Position numbers and translations under genes: made by a program
Part shown: positions 28,965 to 39,025 of the stretch, one piece after another
Layout: each line of letters opens with the position of its first letter
How positions within the stretch are numbered: the first letter of the stretch is position 1
Virus record (IMG/VR): IMGVR_UViG_3300009034_000863
Source: an uncultured virus (IMG/VR IMGVR_UViG_3300009034_000863)
Lineage: Duplodnaviria > Heunggongvirae > Uroviricota > Caudoviricetes
Length of the DNA stretch: 64,000 nt
Direction: 5' to 3' (one strand)
The notes under the pieces: generated by a model
What the model was told of the DNA's origin: nothing
Database searches by the model: none
Seen by the model: only the letters and a program-made list of their open reading frames with translations

Positions 28965-29080
28965 CAGATTTAACTATTCATTGTGGTCATAAAGAATTAG
29001 AGATTACTCAAATTAAAATAACTGTCTACTGTAAGGAATGTGGACAGAGGTATAATATAATAACATTTAGGAAGGGATAA
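28961..29080 (+). CDS. 39-aa Zn-ribbon micro-protein (not in ORF track)
   Basis: MTDLTIHCGH...YCKECGQRY; ATGA overlap with the upstream gene. Confidence 0.5.
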   Translation: MTDLTIHCGHKELEITQIKITVYCKECGQRYNIITFRKG

Positions 29081-29081
29081 T

Positions 29082-31850
29082 ATGCCTATATCTAAGAAAT
29101 ATTTGAAAACTTTACGAGGAATGTGTGAACAGTATTGCAACATTTCTAAATATGGTAATGATGGTAGGAGAGATAAATGGGTTCAAGGGGTACATACATG
29201 TCCTAAAGCAAGACAAGTATTTTATGCTACTATGAGGAAGAAGGGTATTGATTATAGACTACATAGTGAATTAATGGAATTACTTCACAGTAGATCAAAG
29301 TGTTTTGAATGTGATGAACCTCCAACAGTGGATATTTTATGGGCTAATGGTAAAGGTAGATGTTGGTTCTGTAGTAAACACTTTGAAGAATGGAAGAAGA
29401 AAAAGAATGATATGTCAGATACTGGTACTAACGAAGGAGATATAAATAAAGTCTATAAAGTTAAGGATGGTGAAGTACCTGAGAGATGGAGAGACTGGAA
29501 CTCCAAAATAGAATCTGACGATGTGGATCCTTTAAAACCACAGATATTTCCTGAGGCAGTAGAAACTTATATCAAAGATATTAAAGCGTTATCTAATTCT
29601 GAACTGGAATATTACCATGCTCTTTCTCATTCTAACAAACCTGAATTGTTCAGTGACTGGTGTAAAATACATTGGAAAGTATCTACAGAAATGTTAAGAA
29701 GAGACTATCCATACATGTTCAGGGAGAACTCTCACTGTGATAGAATAGTAGAGTGGACCATTAAGGACTGGAAAACTTATAGACCTAAGAACGTAAATGA
29801 TTCAGTCTTAAGAGATGACTGGAGAATAGTCAATGCTTGGTGGAAGAATATTCTGGCTAAGGGACAGAAAATGAAAAGTAAACAGTTTGAAAATTTCAAT
29901 TTAGAAAGACAGAAGGAAATAGTCAAGTCTTTAATGACATCTATTAGAAAAGAGATGGTACATAGAGGATGGGAGCCTCAGAAATTAATTGAACTTCCAC
30001 AAGAAAAGAGTGATCCTCATACTGAGAAGACAGAACCAGAGGTAACTGAATATCCCAGTCCTAAAGGATTTCCTGCTAAGAAACAATCTCTCAGTTGGGA
30101 AGAAATATCAGAAAAGGGATATATAACTATTGGAGATGTCCTTGGTTCTTTACCTGATCAGATGATAGTTAGAGACACAAGGGAAAAGCCAATGAGTATT
30201 TATCTAGTTGGTGAAATAGTCAATCACAAGAGGATACCCATTAATAATAATGTTGATATTCTATTCAAAGCAGACAATATAGATCCAAAATTAATGAGTA
30301 ATTTTCAGTCAAGTCTTCCAGACTGGTTGTCAGAAAGAATTAATCCAGTAATTAACAAAGACGGACCACAAACAGAGCATTCATTACTGATATATGAACC
30401 AGGGAACATATTCCTGCATCCTCCAAGAATATCTGATTCTATAACATTGGGTAAAGCATTCGTAGGTCTTAAAGCTAAGTCTGGATTTCATAAGTATGAA
30501 TTCTGGGACATTAATGAAGCGTATAATAAAGCAGTGTCTCAGTACATGAATAAAGGGTTAATTGTTGATAAGAAATATGATGGTAGAAGATTCCATATAC
30601 ACTATGACAAATTAAAGAATATTTTCAAGATAATTACAGAAGATAGACAGAGAGATAGATCAGAAGCATTGCCTTTCCTCTCTAAAGAGATTAAAAGTTT
30701 TCTAGAGAATAAGGAAATAAGAAATGTAATATTGGATTCTGAGGCAGTAGCATATAACTGTAGAGGTAAATCTGTAAAAGACAAAGAGGAACTATGTGAT
30801 TTCATAGATAGAGAGAATACTGTTTGGTTAAATGATGGACCCGTTTCTCAAGAACAGGAAGAATCAGTAGTATTTCACATCCATGACATTTTATATTTGA
30901 ATGATAAAGCTACTAACGAATTAGGATACTCTGACAGACAGAAATTATTTAACACTTTAATAGGTGAGGGAACTACTCATCTTAAAAGTGTAGAAAGCAC
31001 CAAAGTCTGCAACATAAAAGAATTTGTTTCAGCTGTTGAGAGAATGAGGTCTTCACATGGTTCTGAGGGAGTGATAGTAAAGTTAAGTGATAGTAAGTAT
31101 AGAATAAAATATTCTGGAGAGAATAGAACTGGAGAATGGATTAAGATAAAGAACCTTAAAGAACTAGATGTAATGGTATGGGATAGAGTACCTGTGAAGA
31201 AAAAGGGTACTGGAGAACTAACTGGAGCTTTCAGATATCTTTCCTTATTTGAGATTCCTGAGCAAGAGAAAAACAAGTTTAGACCTAATGATGTCATCGA
31301 ATACCAAGGTAAAACTTATGTGAAGATAGGTCTAACTTATGCTACCAACGAAAGGAATCAAAGAGGAGACATTATTAATGTCAGACAAGTGAGAGTTAGA
31401 AAGAACTTGGATAAAGATGGTAAAGTCTTCTACACTTGGATGTTCCCATATTACGCTGGTAAAAGAACAGATAAGAAAGAACCAGACACTTTGACTATAG
31501 TAGATAGGTTAGAAAGAATAGGTACTAAACCACTTGAAAGAAAGTCTCTAGAGATATGGTATAATAATTTATTTCAAGAACAGTTAACTTGCCACGGGAT
31601 CTTAAGTACTATAACAGATGAGAAACTTGAAGATTATTTGGATAATGATAATGTAACTATAGCTTTAAAGAAATGTCCTTTCTTTGAGAAAGAGAAGTTA
31701 TGTCCATTTAAGTCCAAGTTTGAAGGAGTGTATTTAACTAGAGTTTTAGAAGAAGATTTAGAACTCTCTGTAGACTGTCGCTTTACTGATATGTTCTTGT
31801 GTGGATACCTTAAAAAGTATTATTATCCACATAATGTTATAGAAGTGTAA
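29082..31850 (+). CDS. multidomain ATP-dependent DNA ligase
   Basis: KKYDGRR (motif I), ILDSE, IHDIL, EGVIVK, WIKIK and an OB domain; about 450-aa N-terminal extension. Confidence 0.88.
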   Translation: MPISKKYLKTLRGMCEQYCNISKYGNDGRRDKWVQGVHTCPKARQVFYATMRKKGIDYRLHSELMELLHSRSKCFECDEPPTVDILWANGKGRCWFCSKHFEEWKKKKNDMSDTGTNEGDINKVYKVKDGEVPERWRDWNSKIESDDVDPLKPQIFPEAVETYIKDIKALSNSELEYYHALSHSNKPELFSDWCKIHWKVSTEMLRRDYPYMFRENSHCDRIVEWTIKDWKTYRPKNVNDSVLRDDWRIVNAWWKNILAKGQKMKSKQFENFNLERQKEIVKSLMTSIRKEMVHRGWEPQKLIELPQEKSDPHTEKTEPEVTEYPSPKGFPAKKQSLSWEEISEKGYITIGDVLGSLPDQMIVRDTREKPMSIYLVGEIVNHKRIPINNNVDILFKADNIDPKLMSNFQSSLPDWLSERINPVINKDGPQTEHSLLIYEPGNIFLHPPRISDSITLGKAFVGLKAKSGFHKYEFWDINEAYNKAVSQYMNKGLIVDKKYDGRRFHIHYDKLKNIFKIITEDRQRDRSEALPFLSKEIKSFLENKEIRNVILDSEAVAYNCRGKSVKDKEELCDFIDRENTVWLNDGPVSQEQEESVVFHIHDILYLNDKATNELGYSDRQKLFNTLIGEGTTHLKSVESTKVCNIKEFVSAVERMRSSHGSEGVIVKLSDSKYRIKYSGENRTGEWIKIKNLKELDVMVWDRVPVKKKGTGELTGAFRYLSLFEIPEQEKNKFRPNDVIEYQGKTYVKIGLTYATNERNQRGDIINVRQVRVRKNLDKDGKVFYTWMFPYYAGKRTDKKEPDTLTIVDRLERIGTKPLERKSLEIWYNNLFQEQLTCHGILSTITDEKLEDYLDNDNVTIALKKCPFFEKEKLCPFKSKFEGVYLTRVLEEDLELSVDCRFTDMFLCGYLKKYYYPHNVIEV

Positions 31851-31862
31851 GGTCGTAGAATA

Positions 31863-32555
31863 ATGATATTGAAGCAACATTATGATAAGTCAATTTATTT
31901 AATAAGAGAGGCAAGAGCAAAATACAAGAATCTAGGACTTTTCTGGGCTGGAGGCAAAGACAGTACTTTAATGTTGTATTTAACTAAAGAAGCATTGTAT
32001 GGTAAATTGCCTAAAGTGTTCTTTCTAAATACGACATACGCTTTTAGTGAAACTAAAGAGTTTTTAAGATTAGTTCAAGGCATTTGGAACTTTAAAGTTA
32101 TTCATTTGATGAATAGAGAAGCACTTTCTAAAGGAATGGATCCTTGGAATAATGATACTTTTGAATGTTGTGCTAAACTGAAAACTTTTATGATTATTGA
32201 TTGTGTTGAAAAATATAATATGGATGCTTTAATGTTTGGAATTAGATGGGATGAACACCCAATAAGAGGAAAAGAAACTTATTACAGTTTTAGAGATACT
32301 CCTGAACATATGAGAATTCATCCTATATTGCATTGGTCAGAAGAAAATGTTTGGAGATTTACTAAACATTATAATATTCCATACAATTCTTTATATGATA
32401 GAATAGTAGATGGTAAAAGATATACTTCACTTGGATGTTATCCATGTACTGTACCAATATCTAAGGAAGAACATCTAGAACTAGGAGAAAGAGGAGGACG
32501 TACAATAGATAAGAAAAAAAGAATGGAGAGAGCAAGAGCATTGGGGTATTGTTAA
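31863..32555 (+). CDS. PAPS/APS reductase - sulfate adenylyltransferase subunit 2 (CysH/CysD) family
   Basis: PP-loop AGGKDS, ECC..K, GIRWDE..R, RIHPILHW, YTSLGCYPCT, ERGGR..DK..MER..ALGY. Confidence 0.88.
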   Translation: MILKQHYDKSIYLIREARAKYKNLGLFWAGGKDSTLMLYLTKEALYGKLPKVFFLNTTYAFSETKEFLRLVQGIWNFKVIHLMNREALSKGMDPWNNDTFECCAKLKTFMIIDCVEKYNMDALMFGIRWDEHPIRGKETYYSFRDTPEHMRIHPILHWSEENVWRFTKHYNIPYNSLYDRIVDGKRYTSLGCYPCTVPISKEEHLELGERGGRTIDKKKRMERARALGYC

Positions 32556-33211
32556 TGGACAATATCATTATAGAAAAATGTAAGAATTCCTTTGAGGTGT
32601 ATCGTAATTATTATAAATATTTGTCTTTTAAAGAGAAGCAAGAAATAATTCAGCATTATCATGTATTATACCCTTATCAACAACATCATCATACTGGATA
32701 TTTTAGATTGTCTTTCTTAATTATTAAACATGAATTTCAGAGTATTCTTAAAGTAATAGAATTTGGTGCATTCGATGGAAAGTTAGCTTGGAAAATATTA
32801 AAAGATAATCCTGAGATAGAATGGAATGGCTATGACATTTCTCATGTTGTAATCAATAAGATGGAACATGGTTTAAAAAAATTGAAATATACTCCACATT
32901 ATCTAAATAAAGAATTGTGGGAATTAAATATAGATCCTTCTGCATTTAATGTTTTTGTCTCATCTCATTCTTTAGAACATATTTCTAACAAAGAACTTTT
33001 AGAATTGATGAAATGGATAAATGGAGTTAAATATATGATAATCCAAGTTCCTTTAAGCAAGGACTGGAAGAATTATCCAGGATGTCATCACATGACTTTT
33101 GAAAGGAATGATTTAGAAAAGATATTGTATGATTACAAAATTATATTAGAGACTGGAAATCTGTTTTGGTTATTAAAATATGATAAAGGTGAAGATATTG
33201 AGTTTTCATAA
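32549..33211 (+). CDS. class I SAM-dependent methyltransferase
   Basis: VIEFGAFDG, GYDIS, SHSLEHI. Confidence 0.75.
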   Translation: MLMDNIIIEKCKNSFEVYRNYYKYLSFKEKQEIIQHYHVLYPYQQHHHTGYFRLSFLIIKHEFQSILKVIEFGAFDGKLAWKILKDNPEIEWNGYDISHVVINKMEHGLKKLKYTPHYLNKELWELNIDPSAFNVFVSSHSLEHISNKELLELMKWINGVKYMIIQVPLSKDWKNYPGCHHMTFERNDLEKILYDYKIILETGNLFWLLKYDKGEDIEFS

Positions 33212-33707
33212 ATATAATCCTAGAACATCTTATACTGAAGAATATTTCAAGAGAGCTACTAGGACTACTGGAGGATGGGATGATTATTTGAAACAATATC
33301 CTGAACCAATGCTTGAACTAGGATGTTCTGATGGAGAATGGGTAGAGAAATTAAAAGGTAAAAAGAAAGAAGTGTATGGATTAGAATTATCTGATTATTG
33401 CTTTACTATTCGTAAAACAAAATTGATGATCAAAGCTGATGCTCATATTTTACCTTTCAAAGATGAATCTTTTGGTTCTATCTATTCTTTTCAATTGTTA
33501 GAACATTTAAGTGCTCCAGATAAATGTCTAAGAGAATGTAAAAGAGTATTGGTACTTAACGGTTATTTTCTAGCTAAGTGGGGATATGGTGCTGGAGATG
33601 ATACTCATGTCTCTGATTTTGGAAATCAATGGATAGGTATTATTGGGAAATATTTTAAACATATCAAAGCTGATTGGGGATGTTTTGTGTATATGAAGGT
33701 GAAATAA
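33180..33707 (+). CDS. SAM-dependent methyltransferase (type 11)
   Basis: LELGCSDG, ADAHILPFKDESF, LEHL, LRECKRVL. Confidence 0.85.
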   Translation: MIKVKILSFHKYNPRTSYTEEYFKRATRTTGGWDDYLKQYPEPMLELGCSDGEWVEKLKGKKKEVYGLELSDYCFTIRKTKLMIKADAHILPFKDESFGSIYSFQLLEHLSAPDKCLRECKRVLVLNGYFLAKWGYGAGDDTHVSDFGNQWIGIIGKYFKHIKADWGCFVYMKVK

Positions 33708-34573
33708 TGAGAGATTTAATGATTCTGTGTATTGATGGTATGGATGCTATTCTAGCTAGTAAATGCAAGCTAGAATTTCTAAGAAGTATAGGAGAAATCC
33801 AGAAAGTAAGGACTTTAGGAGATACTCCTGAAACTGTGTCGCTAGTATGTTCCCATAAAGCAATAGAGATGCCTGTCTTAAAGAATTTTGATATAGATAA
33901 TAAATTTCTTTTATGGAACAGGATATTCTGCAAATGGGGAATAGGTAATATCCCAACTGTTCCTGCATTGAAGATATTTGGGTGGTCAATAGCAGGATAT
34001 TTTAGACCTGAAGGAGAACTTGCATATCCTCCTTATGTAAATGGTTATTTAGATTCAATTAATTATGAAGTTGATATTCCAGTTATGATGGGAGAATATG
34101 TTAATTCTCATATTCATTATGATAGGATAGTTCCTAAGAGAACTAAGGCATTTAATTTTTTACTAAGGGAATATCCAGTTGATATTGCTTTCTTATGGTA
34201 TAGATGTCTAGATGGTATAAATCATGAATATTGTATAGGAAAAAGGGATATCAATAGTATTTATGACTGGTATGAAAGGTTAGACCAAGAAATCAGTAAA
34301 TTAGATTTAGATTTTAAAGAAATATTAATTTTTTCTGATCATGGTGTACCTTCATACAGTGGAATCTTTAAAGAAATAGAAGATCAACCTCATAGAAAAG
34401 ACGGAATATTTCTTAATAATAAAGATTACAAAATTGAACATTTGAAAGAGGTTTATCCCCTTGTCCTTAAGATAGCAGAAAAGTATAATTTATATTCTTC
34501 TAATGACATAAAAGATATAGAAGAAAAAGAGAGGATAACAAATAAGTTAAGAAAATTGGGAATATTGGAATGA
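33674..34573 (+). CDS. alkaline phosphatase superfamily (phosphodiesterase/sulfatase-like)
   Basis: ILCIDGMD, LDGINH, FSDHG, H..DGIF, C-terminal I..KLRKLG. Confidence 0.8.
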   Translation: MGMFCVYEGEIMRDLMILCIDGMDAILASKCKLEFLRSIGEIQKVRTLGDTPETVSLVCSHKAIEMPVLKNFDIDNKFLLWNRIFCKWGIGNIPTVPALKIFGWSIAGYFRPEGELAYPPYVNGYLDSINYEVDIPVMMGEYVNSHIHYDRIVPKRTKAFNFLLREYPVDIAFLWYRCLDGINHEYCIGKRDINSIYDWYERLDQEISKLDLDFKEILIFSDHGVPSYSGIFKEIEDQPHRKDGIFLNNKDYKIEHLKEVYPLVLKIAEKYNLYSSNDIKDIEEKERITNKLRKLGILE

Positions 34574-34576
34574 TTT

Positions 34577-35533
34577 ATGAATATTGTAATATTAGCTAAT
34601 TTCAATTCTGGAGGAATCTTTGGTACTTTAGCTAAGGCTATTAATGAATACACTGAACATCATGCTGATTATTTACTTAAGAAAAGGCATAAGTACAAAT
34701 TTGATTATGACATATGTGAAACTATGGGATGGAAGAGAGAAGATGGTAGGACCTTTGATCAACAAGAAATACATAAGATATTAAATAATGCTGATGTGAT
34801 ACATAGAAACATTTGTGCTGGTACCTTCTCTCATATATTTGGAGTACCAGTAGAACCTTACATAAAGAAAGTTAAGAAAAGGGCATATCACTTCTCAGGT
34901 TATGAACTTCGAGGGAAGCCAGGAAGATGGGACCATTTAGATGGTATTAAGATAGTTGACAATCTTGACCTTCTACAATATGTCAATAAAGGTCACTGGC
35001 TTCCTAATCCTACTCCTACTAATAATCCGAAGTTTATGCCTGATCCTTTTAGGTCGATTTATACACTAAGATTCTGTACTGACATTTCAGTACCTTCACA
35101 GTGGGGAGGACATAAAGGACTTAGTTTGTTCAGTGAAATAGTAAAATCTAAGATTAGAAAATATAGGAACAATGTCAGTTTAGATGTCATTCAGGAAGTA
35201 ACTAGAGATGAATGTCTAGCGAGAAAAAGGATATGTCATGTGTATGCTGGAGAATTGTTCTTACCTAACTATGAGAACTCTGTTCTTGAATGTGCAAGTC
35301 AGGGATTAGTAATTATTAATAAACCAATTTTAAATCCTGAAATCTATAATGATCCCCCATTTGTGTTCATAGAGAAAAAGAAGTTGGATTCTACTATAGA
35401 AAAATTGATTAATACTCCTATGAAAGAAATATTCAAGTTGGGTAAGGAAACTAGGAAATGGTGTGAATCATTCCATAGTGATAAAGTGGTAGTAAAGAAA
35501 CTAATAAAATTATATGAGGAATATGATAAATGA
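34577..35533 (+). CDS. glycosyltransferase (GT-B like)
   Basis: HFSG..LR, WLPNP, HKG, YENSVLECASQG, R.W...FH. Confidence 0.7.
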   Translation: MNIVILANFNSGGIFGTLAKAINEYTEHHADYLLKKRHKYKFDYDICETMGWKREDGRTFDQQEIHKILNNADVIHRNICAGTFSHIFGVPVEPYIKKVKKRAYHFSGYELRGKPGRWDHLDGIKIVDNLDLLQYVNKGHWLPNPTPTNNPKFMPDPFRSIYTLRFCTDISVPSQWGGHKGLSLFSEIVKSKIRKYRNNVSLDVIQEVTRDECLARKRICHVYAGELFLPNYENSVLECASQGLVIINKPILNPEIYNDPPFVFIEKKKLDSTIEKLINTPMKEIFKLGKETRKWCESFHSDKVVVKKLIKLYEEYDK

Positions 35534-35721
35534 GAAAAGAAGGATGTACTAAATGTTGTTGGTGTGGATTTGATTATGGCACTACTGAATTTGATATAGA
35601 TATATGTCTTATTCATGCTTGTACAGGAGAAGAACAGGGAGCTGTACAATGTCCTGAACAAGAAAAATGTTGGGGAGAAGAACTTAGATTATGGTTAAAA
35701 AGAATGGAAAAAGAAAGTTAA
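35530..35721 (+). CDS. small Cys-rich protein
   Basis: CTKCCWC and further Cys residues. Confidence 0.5.
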   Translation: MRKEGCTKCCWCGFDYGTTEFDIDICLIHACTGEEQGAVQCPEQEKCWGEELRLWLKRMEKES

Positions 35722-36149
35722 ATCTAGGATCTGGTAAAGACTATAGACATGGCTATGTAAACATAGAGAAGAACGAAAAACTCAAAGCAGATATTCACTT
35801 GGATTTAGAATCAGATAGATTACCGTTTAAGGATAATTCTGTCGATTATATTTTAATGAATCATACCTTAGAACATGTTACAAATATTGTTCATGTTTTA
35901 AACGAATGTCATAGAGTCTTGAAGAAAGATGCTCATTTAGAAGTTCAGGTACCTAATGTAGCTCATCCACAAGGTATAGTAGCTGCTTTTGGAGATATAT
36001 TTCATGTACGGTTCTTTAGTCCTTTTACATTTACAATGCTGGCTGGAAGTTCAGATGATTATAGATTTAACAATCTTAAACCTTGGAATCTTTTAAGACT
36101 AAAATCTACTCAGAATATTATAGCTATTCTGTCTCCTAGAAAAGAGTAG
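35691..36149 (+). CDS. SAM-dependent methyltransferase (type 11)
   Basis: KLNLGSG, LPFKDNSVD, HTLEH, NECHRVLK. Confidence 0.88.
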   Translation: MVKKNGKRKLNLGSGKDYRHGYVNIEKNEKLKADIHLDLESDRLPFKDNSVDYILMNHTLEHVTNIVHVLNECHRVLKKDAHLEVQVPNVAHPQGIVAAFGDIFHVRFFSPFTFTMLAGSSDDYRFNNLKPWNLLRLKSTQNIIAILSPRKE

Positions 36150-36190
36150 GATATATAAACAAGAAAAGAGATAAAATAAGAGGAAGTATT

Positions 36191-37294
36191 ATGAGAATTG
36201 GAATGTGTCTTGGTGTAAGACCAGACTGGATAGATAATTCATTGCTTATAAAAGAACTTGATAAATGGTTAGGAAAAGACTTTACTCTTATTCATTCAGG
36301 TCAACATTATTCATACAATATGAATAAGATATTCTTTGATGAACTAAGAATTAGAAAACCAGATTATTTCTTAGACATTGGAAGTGGTACTCAAGGATAT
36401 CAGGCTGGAGAGACAATTAGAAAATCTGAAGCAATATTCTTGAAGAAAAAGGTAGACCTAGTAATAGCGTTTTCAGATGCTAATCCAGCTTTAAGTTGTA
36501 TTGGAGCAGCCAAAAATAATATCAAAGTAGCACATCTAGAAGCAGGGATGAGAGCATGGGATTGGAGAATGCCTGAAGAAAAGAATAAGAGAATGATAGA
36601 TTCTATCTCTGATTATTTCTTTACACCAACAAATCTGTCTTGTCAGAACCTTTTGAATGAAGGTGTGTACAAACCTAAAATATTTATTGTGGGTAAACAA
36701 GTCATAGATGTTCTGGAATATTATTCAAAGGATATAGAAAGGTCTCAGATTATGGATAAACTTAACTTAGATATAGAAGAATATTTTCTGGTCACAGCTC
36801 ATAGACCAGAGAATGTTGAAAACAGAAATAGTCTAGAGAATATCATTAAAGCCTTAAATAAAATCTCTGAATATCATGATCTGCCAGTGATATTTCCTGC
36901 TCATCCTAGAACTCAAGCTGCTCTAAAAAGATGGGGTATTAAATTAGAAAAGGGAATAAGATTAATGGACTATCTAGGATTTCTAGACTTTTCTAAACTA
37001 GAAATGAATGCATTATGTTTACTAACAGATTCTGGGACAGTTGAAGAAGATGGATGTTGGTTTAGAGTACCTTGTGTCACTTTTAGAATCAGTACTGAGA
37101 GACCTGAGACAGTACATTGTGGATCAAACATAGTAGTTGGTACTGATTATAGGAATATCATTAAAGGTGTCAAAGAAATGATAAGAAGACCTTCTAACTG
37201 GAACTGTCCTTACTATTTGGGAGCTACTGATAACATTTTATATGTCTTGAGAAGTGAAGAAGAAAATATATTAAAGGAAAAGGTATGGTGGTAA
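36191..37294 (+). CDS. wecB: UDP-N-acetylglucosamine 2-epimerase (non-hydrolysing)
   Basis: GVRPD, HSGQHY, HLEAGMR, PEE.N, HRPEN, HPRT, TDSGT.EE, TERPET. Confidence 0.93.
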   Translation: MRIGMCLGVRPDWIDNSLLIKELDKWLGKDFTLIHSGQHYSYNMNKIFFDELRIRKPDYFLDIGSGTQGYQAGETIRKSEAIFLKKKVDLVIAFSDANPALSCIGAAKNNIKVAHLEAGMRAWDWRMPEEKNKRMIDSISDYFFTPTNLSCQNLLNEGVYKPKIFIVGKQVIDVLEYYSKDIERSQIMDKLNLDIEEYFLVTAHRPENVENRNSLENIIKALNKISEYHDLPVIFPAHPRTQAALKRWGIKLEKGIRLMDYLGFLDFSKLEMNALCLLTDSGTVEEDGCWFRVPCVTFRISTERPETVHCGSNIVVGTDYRNIIKGVKEMIRRPSNWNCPYYLGATDNILYVLRSEEENILKEKVWW

Positions 37295-38277
37295 TGAAAT
37301 CTTTAAAGGTTTTAGTAACTGGTGGAGCAGGATATCTTGGGTCAGTTCTGACAAGACAATTATTGAAAGAGAACTATGAAGTATGTGTAATGGATAATTT
37401 TATGTATGGATTCAATGCTATATCAGGTCTTAAAGCTAACTTTAAAATAATGGATGTGAGGAACACAGATAAAGACGATATTGAAAACTTTAATACTATT
37501 GTTCATCTTGCTTCCATAGTCGGAGATAATGCTTGTGATTTAGATCCTAAAGAGACAGTTAAAATCAATTATGAGTCCACAAGGAACTTAGCAGAATTAT
37601 GCAATGATTTAGATAAGCATTTGATATTTACTTCAACATGTTCAGTATATGGAAGGAATCCTGATAAAATCTCAAAAGAAGATGATCAGATAGTTAATCC
37701 ATTAAGTCTTTATGGTGAAACTAAACTAAAATCTGAAAGAGGAATTGAGAAATCAGGATGTAAAAGTACTATCCTTAGACTTGGTACTTTATTTGGTCTA
37801 AGTTATAGAATGAGATTTGATCTAGCTATTAACTTATTTATTGCACAAGCGTATCTAGGAGAAACTCTTAATATATTTGGAGGACAACAGATTAGACCAT
37901 TTTGCCATGTAAAAGATACTGTTTTATTTATTATGAAAGTAATCAAGGAACAGTTAGAAGGTAAATACAATGTTGCTTGGAAAAATATTAAGATCAAAGA
38001 CGCTGCTTACAATATAGCTGAACTGTTAGATGGAAAGTGTAAAATTAATAAAGATATCACAGATGAAAGGAACTATAAGATTGATATTAACAAGATGATT
38101 GATACTGGCTTTAAACCCAAGAGAACTATTGACTATGCTTGTGGTGAAATATCGTCTGCTTATAATCTAGGAAAATTACAGTACTATAAAAATAGGATGT
38201 ACAGTAATTACAAGTCTCTATTTGAGAATGAGAATTTAATGAAGATGGTATATACTCAAGGACCAATTTGGAAGTAA
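37285..38277 (+). CDS. NAD-dependent sugar epimerase/dehydratase
   Basis: TGGAGYLG, STCSVYG, YGETK, RFDL..N. Confidence 0.92.
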   Translation: MVVMKSLKVLVTGGAGYLGSVLTRQLLKENYEVCVMDNFMYGFNAISGLKANFKIMDVRNTDKDDIENFNTIVHLASIVGDNACDLDPKETVKINYESTRNLAELCNDLDKHLIFTSTCSVYGRNPDKISKEDDQIVNPLSLYGETKLKSERGIEKSGCKSTILRLGTLFGLSYRMRFDLAINLFIAQAYLGETLNIFGGQQIRPFCHVKDTVLFIMKVIKEQLEGKYNVAWKNIKIKDAAYNIAELLDGKCKINKDITDERNYKIDINKMIDTGFKPKRTIDYACGEISSAYNLGKLQYYKNRMYSNYKSLFENENLMKMVYTQGPIWK

Positions 38278-38281
38278 TATT

Positions 38282-39025
38282 ATGAAAATGTTAATTACTG
38301 GAGCAAGTGGGAAGTTAGGAACAGAATTAGCCAAACTATTTCCTGGTGCCATAACACCATCTCATAAAGAAATGGATATAACAGATCCAAACCAAGTCAA
38401 TTATTACTTAAAAAACAAGATTGAAGTTGTTGTTCATTTAGCAGCTTTAACGTCTCCTCCTATTTGTGAAAGAAACAAGGAATTAGCTTGGAAGACTAAT
38501 GTGGTAGGTACTACAATATTAATTCAATTATGTCAATTATTTAATGTTAATAAATTTATACTTATGTCTACTCCATGTGTTTTTAATGGTGATGATGAAA
38601 CTCATAAGAAAGAATGGCATCGTTTAGATCCTGATAATTATTATGGGTTTACCAAAGCTATTCAAGAAACTTTAGTTATAGGATCAAACTTGGAATATCT
38701 TATTATAAGAGGGAACTTCATATCATACAAGAAATATCCATATCCTAGGGCATTTACAGATAGATATTCCAATTATCTATTTGCTCATCAACTGGCAAAA
38801 GGAATTAAAGATGCAATAGAATTTGAAGATTATGGAATAATTCATATATTAGGAGACAAAATAATTTCTATGTATGAATTAGCTAAGAGATGTCCTGACA
38901 GTGAAGATGTTAAGCCTTATACTTTAAAGGAGTATTATATGGAACATTCCGATTCTCCTAAACTAACTAAAAATATGGTATTAGAATCTACTAGATGGAG
39001 AAAATATGATATAGGTGAAATATGA
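38282..39025 (+). CDS. dTDP-4-dehydrorhamnose reductase (RmlD)-like SDR
   Basis: TGASGKLG, DIT, HLAA.T, NV.GT, ST..VF.G, YGFTK. Confidence 0.85.
   Translation: MKMLITGASGKLGTELAKLFPGAITPSHKEMDITDPNQVNYYLKNKIEVVVHLAALTSPPICERNKELAWKTNVVGTTILIQLCQLFNVNKFILMSTPCVFNGDDETHKKEWHRLDPDNYYGFTKAIQETLVIGSNLEYLIIRGNFISYKKYPYPRAFTDRYSNYLFAHQLAKGIKDAIEFEDYGIIHILGDKIISMYELAKRCPDSEDVKPYTLKEYYMEHSDSPKLTKNMVLESTRWRKYDIGEI

Noticed and set aside
31863..32555. DndC-type phosphorothioation system
   Set aside because: The protein is short and CysD/CysH-like, and no DndB/D/E or Ssp partners were recognised nearby.
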